A stretch of 63,992 bases of DNA, counting the filler, from Pachysolen tannophilus NRRL Y-2460 (lineage: Eukaryota), in assembly GCA_001661245.1 (NCBI GenBank). It is 42 parts of 42 records of this genome, joined end to end, with 100 filler letters (N's around TTAATTAATTAA, not from the genome) between each part and the next. Parts side by side here need not be neighbours in the genome. Positions count along the whole stretch, not along the records: positions 39,927 to 41,306 come from KV454075.1; positions 41,407 to 42,778 come from KV454076.1; positions 42,879 to 44,239 come from KV454077.1; positions 44,340 to 45,675 come from KV454078.1; positions 45,776 to 47,092 come from KV454079.1; positions 47,193 to 48,499 come from KV454080.1; positions 48,600 to 49,877 come from KV454081.1; positions 49,978 to 51,230 come from KV454082.1; 34 more parts are not named here. One strand, given 5' to 3'. The notes under the pieces were generated by a model that ran no database searches, was not told the origin of the DNA, and worked only from the letters and a program-made list of their open reading frames with translations. Positions 41,209-54,012 of the stretch are shown in pieces. Within the stretch, counting starts at the first letter, position 1; every line of letters starts with the position of its first letter. The position numbers and the translations under genes are program-made.

Positions 41209-41663
41209 GATGATAGTTCAAGTGAAATAGCACTTCTCAAAGACCTGTAAAACCCACTTTTTTCTCCCCTTTCACTCTTCTTCTTCTTTTTTTTTTTTNT
41301 TTTTTTNNNNNNNNNNNNNNNNNNNNNNNNNNNNNNNNNNNNNNNNNNNNTTAATTAATTAANNNNNNNNNNNNNNNNNNNNNNNNNNNNNNNNNNNNNN
41401 NNNNNNTTGGTTTTTAACAAAAGAATAAACAAACAATAATAATAATAATAATAATAATAATAGACAAAAATAACAGTCGTGTATCAATACTAATTTTTGT
41501 TGTTTTTGTTTTTTACTAATTTTCTTTTTTTTCTTATATTTTTTCTTTTGCCTGCTAGTTCGAATATATATATAAAGGATAGTTCCCAGATAGAAAAACT
41601 ATTTTGTATATTTTATATTTTTAAATATTAATTGTTATTAATAATTATAATACATTTAAATAA

Positions 41664-42080
<417 letters not shown>

Positions 42081-43011
42081 GCTGTGCTATGTTAATTTTT
42101 TTATTTTCTTGATGTTTTTGGTTTTTTATTGGAAATAGGGTTTCTTTGTAGGTTTTTTTATTCTTTTTTTTTTTTTTTTTTATTATATATATAATTTTTT
42201 CTATTCTAAAGTTTTATCATTATATTATTTGTAATTTGATATCTATTTATATATATATATGATTTACTGCTTTATGTATATTAGGATTTCAAATTTGAAT
42301 ATTCTATGATTTATTAAAATTTAACAGAAATTTTTGGTTTAACAGGATGAAATGGAGGAAATGCCAATATGTTGATGTTTTTTGTTTTTTTTTTTACCTC
42401 TTTTTCCCCTTTTTAACCGTAGATGGCAATACATATCTAAAGTTGTTCCGGGTGAGAGAGGTATAAAGAGTAATAAGAGTAATCAATTTTTTTTATATGC
42501 CTTAATATTTTGTTTTTTTTACCTGAAATTACAAAGTACAAATTCAAGTTAAAAGCAATTATTAAATCCTTGAAGAAAATTCATCTCTTTCATCAAATGA
42601 TATATCATAATTAAATATGTTTATTTTGCCACTGAAGGAAAGATTATTCATCTAGGCCTCTACAAATCGTAGAAGTAATGCTTATAAATTTGAAATGATT
42701 AATCATTTTTTCTTTTTTTAAAAAACCTCAGCTATATAGCATAGCATAGCACCACAGCACCACAAAAAAAAAAAAAAANNNNNNNNNNNNNNNNNNNNNN
42801 NNNNNNNNNNNNNNNNNNNNNNTTAATTAATTAANNNNNNNNNNNNNNNNNNNNNNNNNNNNNNNNNNNNNNNNNNNNAAAAAAAAAAAAAAAAAAGAAA
42901 GTTATTAGTGTCTTAGAAACTGTTTATAAGTTTTAAATCCTGGGTGATTTGGAAAATGTAACTATGAAAATATATATATATATATAATCTAGCACCTTTG
43001 AAATTGAAGTA

Positions 43012-44178
43012 ATGGTAATGGCAGGTGGTGTTCTGAAGGAAAAGAAAAAAATAGTACTGGTGGTTTTTTTGAGCTTTCAAAAACTGTTAAGTTTGATTTT
43101 AGCTTTTTTGTTATTATTCACGAATTTTTTAAAAGTTGAATCTGCTCCTATTAATGAGACCTTACTTATACTTAATACTACAAACATTAGCATTCATTAT
43201 GATCAAAAGCATCCAGTTTCTAATTCCGTTTATGAAGAGTTAGTGGATTTGGCTAAGATTTGTTCTATTAGTTATTGTACTTCTACAAATGAGTTATATC
43301 CAGGAGATTTCGTTGATGCATGTCCTTTAAAAGAATGTGTTAATGGGAATCATAAAAATAGTAAAATTATTAAAGTTTTTCAACCACCAGAAGAACAAAA
43401 AGGTCCAAGTGGATTTATTGGTATTAATCATGAAAAGAAAAAAATCTATATTGTATTTAGAGGCTCTGAAACTAATTCAGATTGGTTATCGAATTTAGAT
43501 ATCAAGCCAACAAAATATATTCCTCATGTGATTCAAAATTATAAAGTTGATAAAAAAAATATTGAATTTAATTGTGAAAATTGCTTAGTACACAGGGGTT
43601 TTTATAAAAGTTTAAGTTTTTTCTTTGAAGATAGTTATAGTGATGTGCAAAAAATATCCCAGCAATATCCAAATTATCAACTTGTAATCACCGGTCATTC
43701 TTTAGGTGGGGCTCTAGCAACATTAATGGCTGTAGAATATAAACTACTAGGCTTTAATCCATTGGCTGTAACTTTTGGAAGTCCAAAAGTGGCTGTTAAT
43801 AATGCCATGTCAAAAGCTATTGACAATTTTTTGAAAACTTTGTTTAATTATAACAACTTATCAAACATTGGAAATCTAGAATCAGGACTTTATAGAGTCA
43901 TACATAAAGGTGATTTTGTCCCATTATTACCACCATCTTACAAGCACGTAGGAACTTTATTAACTATAGATAAATTTTTATTTCCACATGAACAAAAAGA
44001 TCTCAAAGCTGTTCTTCCAACTGAAGAAAATGAAGAGTCACTACCACCAGAATTAACAACTGAAAATATCAATTCAGACTCTTGGAAAGAAAGTTACTTA
44101 AAATATTACTTATTTAGAGACCACAGAAACTACTTCATAAGGATTAGCGGATGTGTCGACAGAACTACCGATAAATAG
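43012..44178 (+). CDS. Class 3 (fungal triacylglycerol) lipase with N-terminal hydrophobic segment
   Basis: VFRGS, VHRGF, ITGHSLGG nucleophile elbow, DFVPLLP, C-terminal H-x-x-YF. Confidence 0.9.
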   Translation: MVMAGGVLKEKKKIVLVVFLSFQKLLSLILAFLLLFTNFLKVESAPINETLLILNTTNISIHYDQKHPVSNSVYEELVDLAKICSISYCTSTNELYPGDFVDACPLKECVNGNHKNSKIIKVFQPPEEQKGPSGFIGINHEKKKIYIVFRGSETNSDWLSNLDIKPTKYIPHVIQNYKVDKKNIEFNCENCLVHRGFYKSLSFFFEDSYSDVQKISQQYPNYQLVITGHSLGGALATLMAVEYKLLGFNPLAVTFGSPKVAVNNAMSKAIDNFLKTLFNYNNLSNIGNLESGLYRVIHKGDFVPLLPPSYKHVGTLLTIDKFLFPHEQKDLKAVLPTEENEESLPPELTTENINSDSWKESYLKYYLFRDHRNYFIRISGCVDRTTDK

Positions 44179-44439
44179 TTAATTATCAATAGATAAAAAA
44201 ATGGAAATTGTTTTTTTTTTTTTTTTTTTTTTTTTTTTTNNNNNNNNNNNNNNNNNNNNNNNNNNNNNNNNNNNNNNNNNNNNTTAATTAATTAANNNNN
44301 NNNNNNNNNNNNNNNNNNNNNNNNNNNNNNNNNNNNNNNGTAGACTTATATTAAAAGCATTTTTTTTTTTTTTTTTTTCTTTTTGAAGGTTTCCTCTTTA
44401 TTGTTGTTATTTAATTAAACAAATCTTTCTTAGTCGAAA

Positions 44440-45297
44440 ATGTCAGCCGAAGAAGAAGTAAGTTTAAATTTTATTGTTATCCTTTTGAAAATGAAAAGTG
44501 AAAGGCAAAGTTTATGATGGGAAAACGTTGAATTAGAGAAGAAGAAGAAGAAAAAAAAAAATTTTTTTTTTTCTTCTTCTTCTCTTTCTTCTTGTTTTTT
44601 AAGAGGAGGATTGAGCTTGTGATTCTTGATTCAATACATGGATAGGAGAGGATAAGTTTAGGATTATGTTTGGTTTCAAATGGGTAAAAGAACAATAACG
44701 AAAGAAAAAAAATTTTTGGTTTTTAAGTAGTCCGTCCTTCTTGCATCTTGGTTGGTTTTTCACTTTTTTGTTTTTTTTTTTCTTGTTTTGATTCTAAATC
44801 AATTATACTAACATCAAGTTTTTCATTTTTAAAAAATTTAGCACACTTTTGAACAAGCCGATGCCGGTTCCTCTCTTACTTACCCAATGCAATGTTCAGC
44901 ATTGAGAAAGAATGGTTTTGTTGTCATCAAGAACAGACCATGTAAAATTGTTGACATGTCCACTTCCAAGACTGGTAAGCACGGCCACGCCAAGGTCCAT
45001 TTGGTTGCTATAGACATTTTCACCGGTAAGAAGTTGGAAGATTTATCTCCATCTACCCACAATATGGAAGTTCCATTTGTTAGAAGAACTGAGTACCAAT
45101 TATTGGATATTGATGATGGTTTCTTAAACTTGATGACCGCTGATGGTGAAACCAAGGATGATGTCAAGGCCCCAGAAGGTGAATTGGGTGAAAAAATTCA
45201 AACTGAGTTTGATGAAGGTAAAGATTTGTTGGTTACTATCATCGCTGCTATGGGTGAAGAAGCTGCTATTTCGTACAAGGAAGCTCCAAAAGCATAA
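44440..45297 (+). CDS. HYP2: eIF5A; exons 44440-44457 and 44842-45297
   Basis: [31 protein letters not shown], hypusine motif [12 protein letters not shown]. 384-nt intron GTAAGT...TACTAAC...TTAG. Confidence 0.97.
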
Positions 45298-46177
45298 ATT
45301 TAGTTAATAAAATCCGTATTTCTACATGAAAAAAGATGAAAAGAATTAAAAGAAAAGGAAAAAGAAAAAGTATTGGTTAAAATCATCATCATTCATCTGG
45401 TTGTTTTTTTTTATCATTATTATTATTATTATTATTATTATCATTATAACTGATTACTTTTCTAGAAAAAGATTTTTGGTTTTATATCTCTCTTTTTTAT
45501 TATTCTTTTTTCTTTTTTTCTAAATTATTAAAGTCTCTTTTTTTACTATATTTTATGTTTTTTTATATTTTTTATTAATATATATAATATTGTTTCTTAT
45601 TCCTGCTTCAGCTTTCAATATATATATATATATATATATATAATTTTGAACCCTTTTTTTTTTTTTTTCCTTTTTNNNNNNNNNNNNNNNNNNNNNNNNN
45701 NNNNNNNNNNNNNNNNNNNTTAATTAATTAANNNNNNNNNNNNNNNNNNNNNNNNNNNNNNNNNNNNNNNNNNNNAACTCCCACTGATTTCTACACTTTA
45801 AACTAAAACTTTTTTTTTTTTTTTTTTTTGTTCTTTTCTATTTTCCTTTTTCCCAGTAGGATAATATTTGAATCTCTCTTGATTACACAACACAAAAAAT
45901 TTAAATTAAATTCTCTTTCATATTATTGATATATTATTAATTAAATCTTCAATTTCGTCCTCAAAATTGATGCAAAAAGAAAGAAAAAAAATAAACGGGA
46001 TTCGGATTTAGTGTAAAACACCACTTTAATGCGTAAAAAAAATTTTTTTTAATTAATTTTTTTATTTTTATTTCATCTCTTTTTTTTTATTTTTTGTTCA
46101 GTTCAAATTTGATTTTCAAAGTCAAAGATTCTATTTGGGTGTTTGTGGGTGAAAAAGAAGGGAAATTAGTGTTTAAG

Positions 46178-46693
46178 ATGCCTCTTGCTAAAAGTTTGTC
46201 TAAAGTTCAAAAAAGTGCGAAAAATAAGAATATACATCCTAAAGGACGTAAATTCAAACAGTTAAATAGAGCTACTTTAAGGGAAAAAAAAATTTTAGAT
46301 AAAAAACTGAAGCATAGTGAAAAGAAAGAAAATGAATTATTAATAGTGAATTATATTAAAGAGATTATAGGACAAGATGATTTGAAGAAAGTGGTGAGTT
46401 TTGGTTTGAATGACATGAAAGTATTTATTGAGCTGTTTATATCTAGAGATGATGAAGAATTGATTGATCTTCAAAATCAAAGAAGACCAAATAGACCTGC
46501 ATCAAATAGACAATTAATATTAGAAAATAGGAAAAAATCAGAAATTCAACAATTCACAGAAGGTGCTGGGTTTTCAATTCCAGACTTATCAGATGTAGAA
46601 AATGTTGAAAATTTAAGAAATTGGAATGGGACATTTGGAGGTATTAATAACGTTAAAAGAATTTACATCAATAAGCATATAGAAACTCTTTAA
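46178..46693 (+). CDS. TMA16: Translation machinery-associated protein Tma16
   Basis: MPLAKSLSKVQK...IHPKGRKFKQLNRATLRE, RRPNRP, PDLSD..NLRNWNG. The true ATG is at 46178; the ORF track starts upstream at a TTG. Confidence 0.9.
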   Translation: MPLAKSLSKVQKSAKNKNIHPKGRKFKQLNRATLREKKILDKKLKHSEKKENELLIVNYIKEIIGQDDLKKVVSFGLNDMKVFIELFISRDDEELIDLQNQRRPNRPASNRQLILENRKKSEIQQFTEGAGFSIPDLSDVENVENLRNWNGTFGGINNVKRIYINKHIETL

Positions 46694-47192
46694 TAGAATA
46701 CAACATAAGAAAAAAAAACAAAATGAAAAAGATTTTCTTTTTTCTTACAATATTATATGAATGCGTTCGTGGAAAATGTATAATATTAACATAACAATAA
46801 TAACGTAACTTGACAGTAGTAAAATAGAAATTTTTCTTTTGCTTCTCTTTTCAAATATATATATATTGGAAAAGAGAAAAAATAAATAGTTAACAAAAAA
46901 AAAAAAAAAAAAAAAAATAAAAATTTCTTCATATTCTTGGTTGGTTGTTTTTACCATTTCCATTTCAATGACAATAAATATAAAAATAATGAGTACATTT
47001 GTTTTTAAACTCTTTTCAATAATAACAATTCTTCTTCATCTTCTAACTAGTTTATTCATATTTCTCTTTTAAAAAAAAAAATTTTTTTTTTTNNNNNNNN
47101 NNNNNNNNNNNNNNNNNNNNNNNNNNNNNNNNNNNNTTAATTAATTAANNNNNNNNNNNNNNNNNNNNNNNNNNNNNNNNNNNNNNNNNNNN

Positions 47193-47223
<31 letters not shown>

Positions 47224-47338
47224 ATTTTTACGAAAAAGTTCTTTTTGCCAGAAAAGAAAAATAACATAAAAAAAGAAGAAAAAAAATAAAGAAGAAGTAT
47301 TAAAAGTGAAATATAAAAAGTGAAAAAAAATCAAGAGA

Positions 47339-48178
47339 ATGACAATGCTTCAATATCAGGAATTGGTGAAAAGTCTCACTAAGCGCGATATATTAGCTGG
47401 ATTTCCAGATGTGGTACCTCTTGCTAAGATTTCTGGTGTTCCATCTTCATCTTCATCTACTTCATCCACGTCGAAACAGAACCAAGTTGATCATTATTTT
47501 GAAGGACATGATTTGGAACAGATTAAATTAATGGATGAAAATTGTATAGTTTTAGATTATAATGATATTCCTATTGGTGCAGGAACGAAAAAATTATGTC
47601 ATCTTATAAATAATATTGAAGCTGGTTTATTGCATAGAGCATTTTCAGTTTTTTTATTTAATAATGAAAATAAATTATTATTACAACAAAGAGCTGATGA
47701 AAAAATTACTTTCCCAAGTATGTGGACAAATACATGTTGTTCTCATCCACTTTGCGTTCCATCTGAATTAGGTAATAAGATGCATGATTTAGAAAGTTCA
47801 GTAAAAGGTGTTAAAATAGCTGCTGTAAGAAAATTACAACAAGAATTAGGTATTGAATCAAAAGATATACCTATTAATGATTTTAAATTTTTAACTAGAA
47901 TTCATTATAAAGCAGGAAATGGTGATGGTATATGGGGGGAACATGAAATTGATTATATCTTGGTTATTAAAGCAAATCCAAATTTAAATTTAAATTTAAA
48001 TGAAGTTAAAGATATTAAATATGTTGGACATCAGGAATTAAAAGATATGTTTAAAGATCCAAAATTAACTTTTACACCATGGTTTAAATTAATATGTGAT
48101 AGATATTTGTTTCAATGGTGGGATAATTTGGATGAATTGGATGGATTTGTTGATAACGATATTCAAAGAATGTTATAA
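47339..48178 (+). CDS. IDI1: Isopentenyl-diphosphate delta-isomerase
   Basis: LLHRAFSVFLF, WTNTCCSHP, WGEHEIDY. Confidence 0.97.
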   Translation: MTMLQYQELVKSLTKRDILAGFPDVVPLAKISGVPSSSSSTSSTSKQNQVDHYFEGHDLEQIKLMDENCIVLDYNDIPIGAGTKKLCHLINNIEAGLLHRAFSVFLFNNENKLLLQQRADEKITFPSMWTNTCCSHPLCVPSELGNKMHDLESSVKGVKIAAVRKLQQELGIESKDIPINDFKFLTRIHYKAGNGDGIWGEHEIDYILVIKANPNLNLNLNEVKDIKYVGHQELKDMFKDPKLTFTPWFKLICDRYLFQWWDNLDELDGFVDNDIQRML

Positions 48179-48464
48179 TTCAATTAAAGGACATATAGAA
48201 AGAAAAGAAAAAAAAGAAAAAAAAAATAATCTTCTTTTTTTTTTTTTTTTGTATTAAAAAGAATTTAATAAATTTTTGTTTTAAATTAATTATTTCTCTT
48301 TTTTTATCATTACATTTTACATATAGATAACCTGTTTTTTCATTTTTTTTTTTATTTTTTTTTTTATTAATGTTTTTCTAATTTTTGCAATTTTACCACT
48401 CACTGTTTTAATGTCTTTTTAATATTGTTATAATTATTACTATTATTTTACTATACATACACAC

Positions 48465-48499
<35 letters not shown>

Positions 48500-49270
48500 N
48501 NNNNNNNNNNNNNNNNNNNNNNNNNNNNNNNNNNNNNNNNNNNTTAATTAATTAANNNNNNNNNNNNNNNNNNNNNNNNNNNNNNNNNNNNNNNNNNNNT
48601 TNTTTTTTTTTTTTTTTACTTTTTGCTTTTCTTGTTTTCGATGGGATTATGGGAATATACTTTGGCTCTCACTAGAACGAACTGGGGGAAAAAACGGGAG
48701 GTTTTTTATTTGCATGAGTAATTGCTGATTTCGTGATTGGTATTTATTCTTTTGCACATGGTGTTTTTTTTTTCTGAAAGCTTGAATGGTTTCTCCTTTT
48801 GTGAGTGAGTTGTTCTGGATTCATATACGCTCTTGAGAGCTGAAACACTGAACATTTACATGTACATGTATATTCATACTCATATTCGTACTCACACTCG
48901 CACTCGCACTTGCATTTATCTCCCGATATTTGTTTCAAAAAACAAATTCAATTTCAATTCGATTTTTCTAGCATGAGTATTGTGGCTTTTCATCTGAATC
49001 GGACAAGTCATTTTTCCTACTTTGATGAAAAGTATACCAAGTATATTCCCTCCTAGAGATTAAGCACTTGTACCCTTGTGTTCTTGTGTTCTTGTGCCCT
49101 TGAACTCACTACAGACCTTTTTTTTTTCTTCTTATATTTTTCTTTTTGATAAACATATACATATGTGTGAGTTTTTTTTTTTTTTTTTTTTTTTTTTTGG
49201 AAAAAGAAAAAAGAAAATTTTTAGAAGAATCAAAATATTAACAGTAAAATCCCATTTTTATGTTTTACAG

Positions 49271-49760
49271 GAATTTTTCCAATCTCAAGTTGGAGGTGTT
49301 AGAACCATTGCTTTATCCTACAATGAAAAGGGTGTTTCTAAAGGTATTGCAACTATAAGTTTCCACAAATCAGAAAACGCTGCTAAAGCTGTTGAAAAAT
49401 ACAACGGTGCTCCAATTGACGGTGGTTCATCAAAGTTAAGATTAGAATTGATCATTGATCCAACTAAGAAACCTTTAAGTTCTAGAATTGCTGCAAAGTA
49501 TGTATTAAAACCAACCCATTTCAAAATGAAATTTTTTTTGCAAAAAAAAGAAAACTGTCATATACTAACAAATATTTTCCCCTCATCTTTTTTTTTTTTT
49601 TTAATTTAGTCCTGTTGCCAAAGCCATTGTTTCTTCTCAAAAGACTACTAAAAAAGTTGTTCCAAAGAAGAAGCCTGTTAAAAAAGTAAACAGCAAGAGA
49701 CAAAAGAAAACAGTTGAAGATTTAGATAAGGAGATGACCGATTACTTTGAATCCAAATAG
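49271..49760 (+). CDS. YRA1: mRNA export adaptor Yra1, exons 2 (49271-49497) and 3 (49610-49760); exon 1 lost in the gap
   Basis: RRM half EFFQSQVGGV..SYNEKGVSKGIA..YNGAPIDGG and the C-terminal box KKTVEDLDKEMTDYF. Second intron GTATGT...TACTAAC...TTAG. Confidence 0.92.
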
Positions 49761-50333
49761 TTTAAAAGTACATTAGCTTTCAAAGTTTAATCACTCTTTA
49801 TTTTATCTAATTTTACTTCTTTTTATATTATTGTTATTATTATTACGCAAATGCGATTTTTAAAATAAAAAAAAAAANNNNNNNNNNNNNNNNNNNNNNN
49901 NNNNNNNNNNNNNNNNNNNNNTTAATTAATTAANNNNNNNNNNNNNNNNNNNNNNNNNNNNNNNNNNNNNNNNNNNNCTAAAGAAAAAAAAANAAAAAAA
50001 AAAAAAAAAAAATTGCTTATTGCTTTTTTCCATCCAAACAAACAATATAGTAAAACTCAACTAACTCAAGATACCACCACCACCACTACCACTTCTTCAA
50101 CTATTTTGAATCATCTAATCGATTCCGGTTAGCTATATACTCGTATGCATTATGCATCTTTTTGTGTAAAAAAACTTTGTCATCAAATGGTCGTGTGCAT
50201 ATACTCAACGCTCTTCCCATCAAGTAGAAAATGGAAAAATGGACAAAATTAAAAAAATTTTGAGGACATATATATTTATAATATGGTACCAAGTTGAATA
50301 GTTTTATAAGACTACAAGTATCAAATAGAAAAA

Positions 50334-50669
50334 ATGGCTTTAGGATCTCTTTTTGGCGGCTCATCAGCGTCTGCTCCATCTGCGCCTTTGTCAACATCAA
50401 CTTCCTCTCTGAGTTCGCAGCAGTTGAAGGAGAAATTACAAAATCAAATTACTCAAGAATTGGCAGTTGTTAATGCTACTGAATTGGTTAATAAATTGAC
50501 GGAAAATTGTTTTGCTAAATGTATCCAACAGCCAGCAGCTTCCTTGACATCAGTCGATGATTTATGTGTCAACCAATGTTCGGAAAAATACATGAGGGCT
50601 TGGAATGTCATTTCAAAAGCTTATATCACTAGAATCCAACAAGCTAGTAGCTCGGGAGAATTAATCTAA
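50334..50669 (+). CDS. TIM13: Small Tim chaperone Tim13
   Basis: QELAVVNATELVNKLTENCFAKC...CVNQCSEKYMRAWNVISKAY. Confidence 0.95.
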   Translation: MALGSLFGGSSASAPSAPLSTSTSSLSSQQLKEKLQNQITQELAVVNATELVNKLTENCFAKCIQQPAASLTSVDDLCVNQCSEKYMRAWNVISKAYITRIQQASSSGELI

Positions 50670-51113
50670 GGGTTATTTTATTTTATTTTAATTTAATTTA
50701 ATTTATTTTAATTTATTTTATTCCATTTTATTTTTATTCACTGGTTTCACTTATTGTAAATAAAGTTGTTTATATACGTATTTCATATATCTGTTCATAA
50801 ATCCGAATTGTAGAAACTTAAGTTTTAAAACATATCATCATTATTCAATAGGATGAGGTGAGGTAAATTTCTTGCTTTTTTTTAATTCCATGAAAATCTT
50901 TATACCGATTCTTTACAAAGACTCTTAAAAGTAGTTTACAGTAGTTAATAAGTGTTTGATTTTTCTTTTTTTGCTTTTTGTCCTTGTATCCTAGTTACTT
51001 GAGTTCTCTGAGTAATAAATAATACAACTGAAGAATTTATATTACAGCCTTATGTTTTAAGTATTTATGTAATTAGAATAAAAATGAAAAATTTAGAGAC
51101 TTGCCTACCGAAT

Positions 51114-51206
51114 GATGTGGTGGCTCAATGGTAGAGCTTTCGACTCCAATTGAAAACTTCTAGCAGTGTCATCGAAAGGTTGCAGGTTCAATTCCTGTCC
51201 ATGTCA
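51114..51206 (+). tRNA. tRNA-Trp(CCA) with a 21-nt intron (51150-51170)
   Basis: Acceptor GATGTGG/CCATGTC, TGGCTCAATGGTAGAGC D-arm, TTCGA-CT-CCA-A[intron]A-TCGAA anticodon arm, GGTTCAATTCC T-loop; mature length 72 nt. Confidence 0.95.
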
Positions 51207-52722
51207 ATATCGGCGTTCTTTTTTNTTTTTNNNNNNNNNNNNNNNNNNNNNNNNNNNNNNNNNNNNNNNNNNNNTTAATTAATTAANNNNNNNNNNNNNN
51301 NNNNNNNNNNNNNNNNNNNNNNNNNNNNNNATTTTATTTTATTTTATTTTTTTCCTTAATTTGGAATTTTGAGGGACGAACTTAAAATCACAAAATAATT
51401 TCTCCGCTTTATACTGATGAGAAAAAAGAAACTAAAGATAACTTTTACTCTTTGAAGAAATGACTTTTAATTGTTTAATTTGTTTAATTTGTATTACCCG
51501 TCAATGAATTTGGGGTCATAGGTACAAGAAAATGATTTTAGTCACCTCTTGATCACTATTTTAAAGCCTTCACTATAAAAACAAAAAAAAAAAAAAAAAG
51601 CAGCGAATTAAGAATAGAAAAGCTCGCTAAATATTCAGATAAGCTTCAAATAAATCTTATTTACAAGTTCCATTAAACTAACTAATTCTTGTAAATCAGG
51701 GTTAGATCATTTAGTTAGACTATTGAAAAATCAGCATGGATATTGAATGTATTGTTAAAAAAAAAAAAAACTAATGTTTACTGCTATTGAAATTATGTAA
51801 TTTTTTGTATCTAATGTTTAACTTGAAACATTATTTAAAAAGTAAATTATCATCTCATATCAAAATCTTTGATATGATTTTTTTAAAATCTTCAATTTAG
51901 TCTATTATTTAACAATTCATTTTACATGTTACATGTGCACTTAATGATTCACACCTATACATATCAATTTTTATTTTTTCTAGAGCGAGTATGTTTAAGT
52001 AATCGTTGACCGGACATATAAAAAGTAACTATCTCTGATGCCTGAAAATTAGATAAAGCAATGAAGTAAATCTTTTTTTCTTTTAAGTTTTATTGTACAA
52101 TTTTTCGGTTCGGGAAAAAGTTTTAATGAGCAGAGAGAGACCCAATCGGCATAGTCGAACTTAATTCACATGATTAGCTTAAAAGAAAAAAAAAAAANAA
52201 AAAAAAAAAAAAACAACTTAAATCGATCAATTGTTTAATACCTCAAATATACAATTCAAGAATATTGTGTAAACACAAGAGATTTTGATTAAATTGGAGG
52301 ATTTTATATGAATGATAATATAAACTATATAGATGGTTTAATAACACTTTTTTTTTAAAAAAAAATTTGGGGTTATAGTTTTTATTCCTGCGATATGTAT
52401 AACAATAAACTTGCATCATTTGGTATCTATCAATATATGTGGGTCATTACAAGTGAGGAGAGTTGTTATGTTTCTTAGAATTGAGGTTGTAATCGAATAA
52501 TAATAATAATAATAATAATAAAAATAAAAAAAAAAAAANNNNNNNNNNNNNNNNNNNNNNNNNNNNNNNNNNNNNNNNNNNNTTAATTAATTAANNNNNN
52601 NNNNNNNNNNNNNNNNNNNNNNNNNNNNNNNNNNNNNNTAACTAATACTAATTTAACTTTTTAAAATTTTTTTTCTTTTNTTTTCTTTTCTTTTCTTTTC
52701 AGTGATTAATTAATTGTATTAT

Positions 52723-53676
52723 TTAGTGACCGCCTGAACCTAATTCGATACCTTTTGGACAATTCAAAGTTTGTTTTAAAGAACCGTAGATGGTGAATTG
52801 TAAAGAGGTCAAGGTACCAACCATGACCAAACGGGTTGGTAAACCAGCAAAAGAACCTTTAATACCCAATTCACCAGCCAATTGAGCTAATAAACCTAAA
52901 GTTGATTGACCTGGAGCTTTTTTAGTCTTGTTAACTTTTGATAATAAAGTATCAGCTGGTTGAGAAACAATAGCAGCAGCACAACCTGCAATGACACCTG
53001 CACCCAAGTTAACAGCGGTTAAAGCACCAGAAGATAATTGATCTTTTGGAGTGTTAATTGAACCAAAGATTGCATCAGCAGCAATTTCAAAAGTTAAAAA
53101 TTTAGCAATATTATAAGGAATTTGTTTAAATAAAATTGGAGTAAAACCATTATAAAAAGAACCAATACCTTCTTCTCTCATGATTCTTGCAAAACCACCA
53201 ACTAAACCATTTGCAAAAGTTGGTTGTGAAACCAATCTAATTCTTGTTGCTTCTAATGGACACAAGGCGATATCGGCAAAGAATTCAGCAATCGCAGCAG
53301 ATGCAATATAAACACCAGTCTTATATTTCACAGCAGTTTCATAACCCAAATAATCAATTGAAGTTTTTTTAAATAATTCATAACCACCAAATTTAAAAGC
53401 ACCTTGTAAAGAATAACCCAAAACAGTTGGACCTAAACCAGTTAAAAGAGCACCTGCACCTTCACTTTTAATAATTTGTGAAAATGATCCAAACATACCT
53501 TTGTTATAAACAGCAGGTTCTAATTGAATTCTTGTCTTGACAACATCAACAGGAGTTAATGAACCATGAGTAACACCACATCCAATGGCACCAGCAAGAG
53601 CAAAACTTGCATAATCACCAACTGTAAAAGTTGGTAAAGTCTTTGTATCGGTTGGAGTAATAGTAGCAGTGGCCAT
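52723..53676 (-). CDS. MIR1: Mitochondrial phosphate carrier Mir1
   Basis: [26 protein letters not shown], carrier repeats, C-terminal [11 protein letters not shown] at 53676. Confidence 0.95.
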   Translation of the reverse strand: MATATITPTDTKTLPTFTVGDYASFALAGAIGCGVTHGSLTPVDVVKTRIQLEPAVYNKGMFGSFSQIIKSEGAGALLTGLGPTVLGYSLQGAFKFGGYELFKKTSIDYLGYETAVKYKTGVYIASAAIAEFFADIALCPLEATRIRLVSQPTFANGLVGGFARIMREEGIGSFYNGFTPILFKQIPYNIAKFLTFEIAADAIFGSINTPKDQLSSGALTAVNLGAGVIAGCAAAIVSQPADTLLSKVNKTKKAPGQSTLGLLAQLAGELGIKGSFAGLPTRLVMVGTLTSLQFTIYGSLKQTLNCPKGIELGSGGH

Positions 53677-54012
53677 TTTACAAATCAAATAACTAATAAT
53701 AAAAATTTCAATATCTTTTATGATATATTAAAAATATAAATAAATATATTATTATTAATTAAAGAGAGAGAGAAATTAAATAAAATAAATAAAAAAAGCA
53801 AAAAAAAAAAAAAAAAAAAAGGGGAAAAAAATTAAATAATNNNNNNNNNNNNNNNNNNNNNNNNNNNNNNNNNNNNNNNNNNNNTTAATTAATTAANNNN
53901 NNNNNNNNNNNNNNNNNNNNNNNNNNNNNNNNNNNNNNNNGGGTTAAATGATGTGTTTTCAAAATAGTATGATTTTCGTTTAAAACTATTCATTGATCAA
54001 GAAACAAATCAA

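Noticed and set aside
51114..51206. tRNA-Trp as a possible UGA readthrough or recoding tRNA
   Set aside because: It has a normal CCA anticodon and a full 5-bp anticodon stem. eRF1 motifs are canonical, and TGA terminates RHO3, TEP1 and ARF3.
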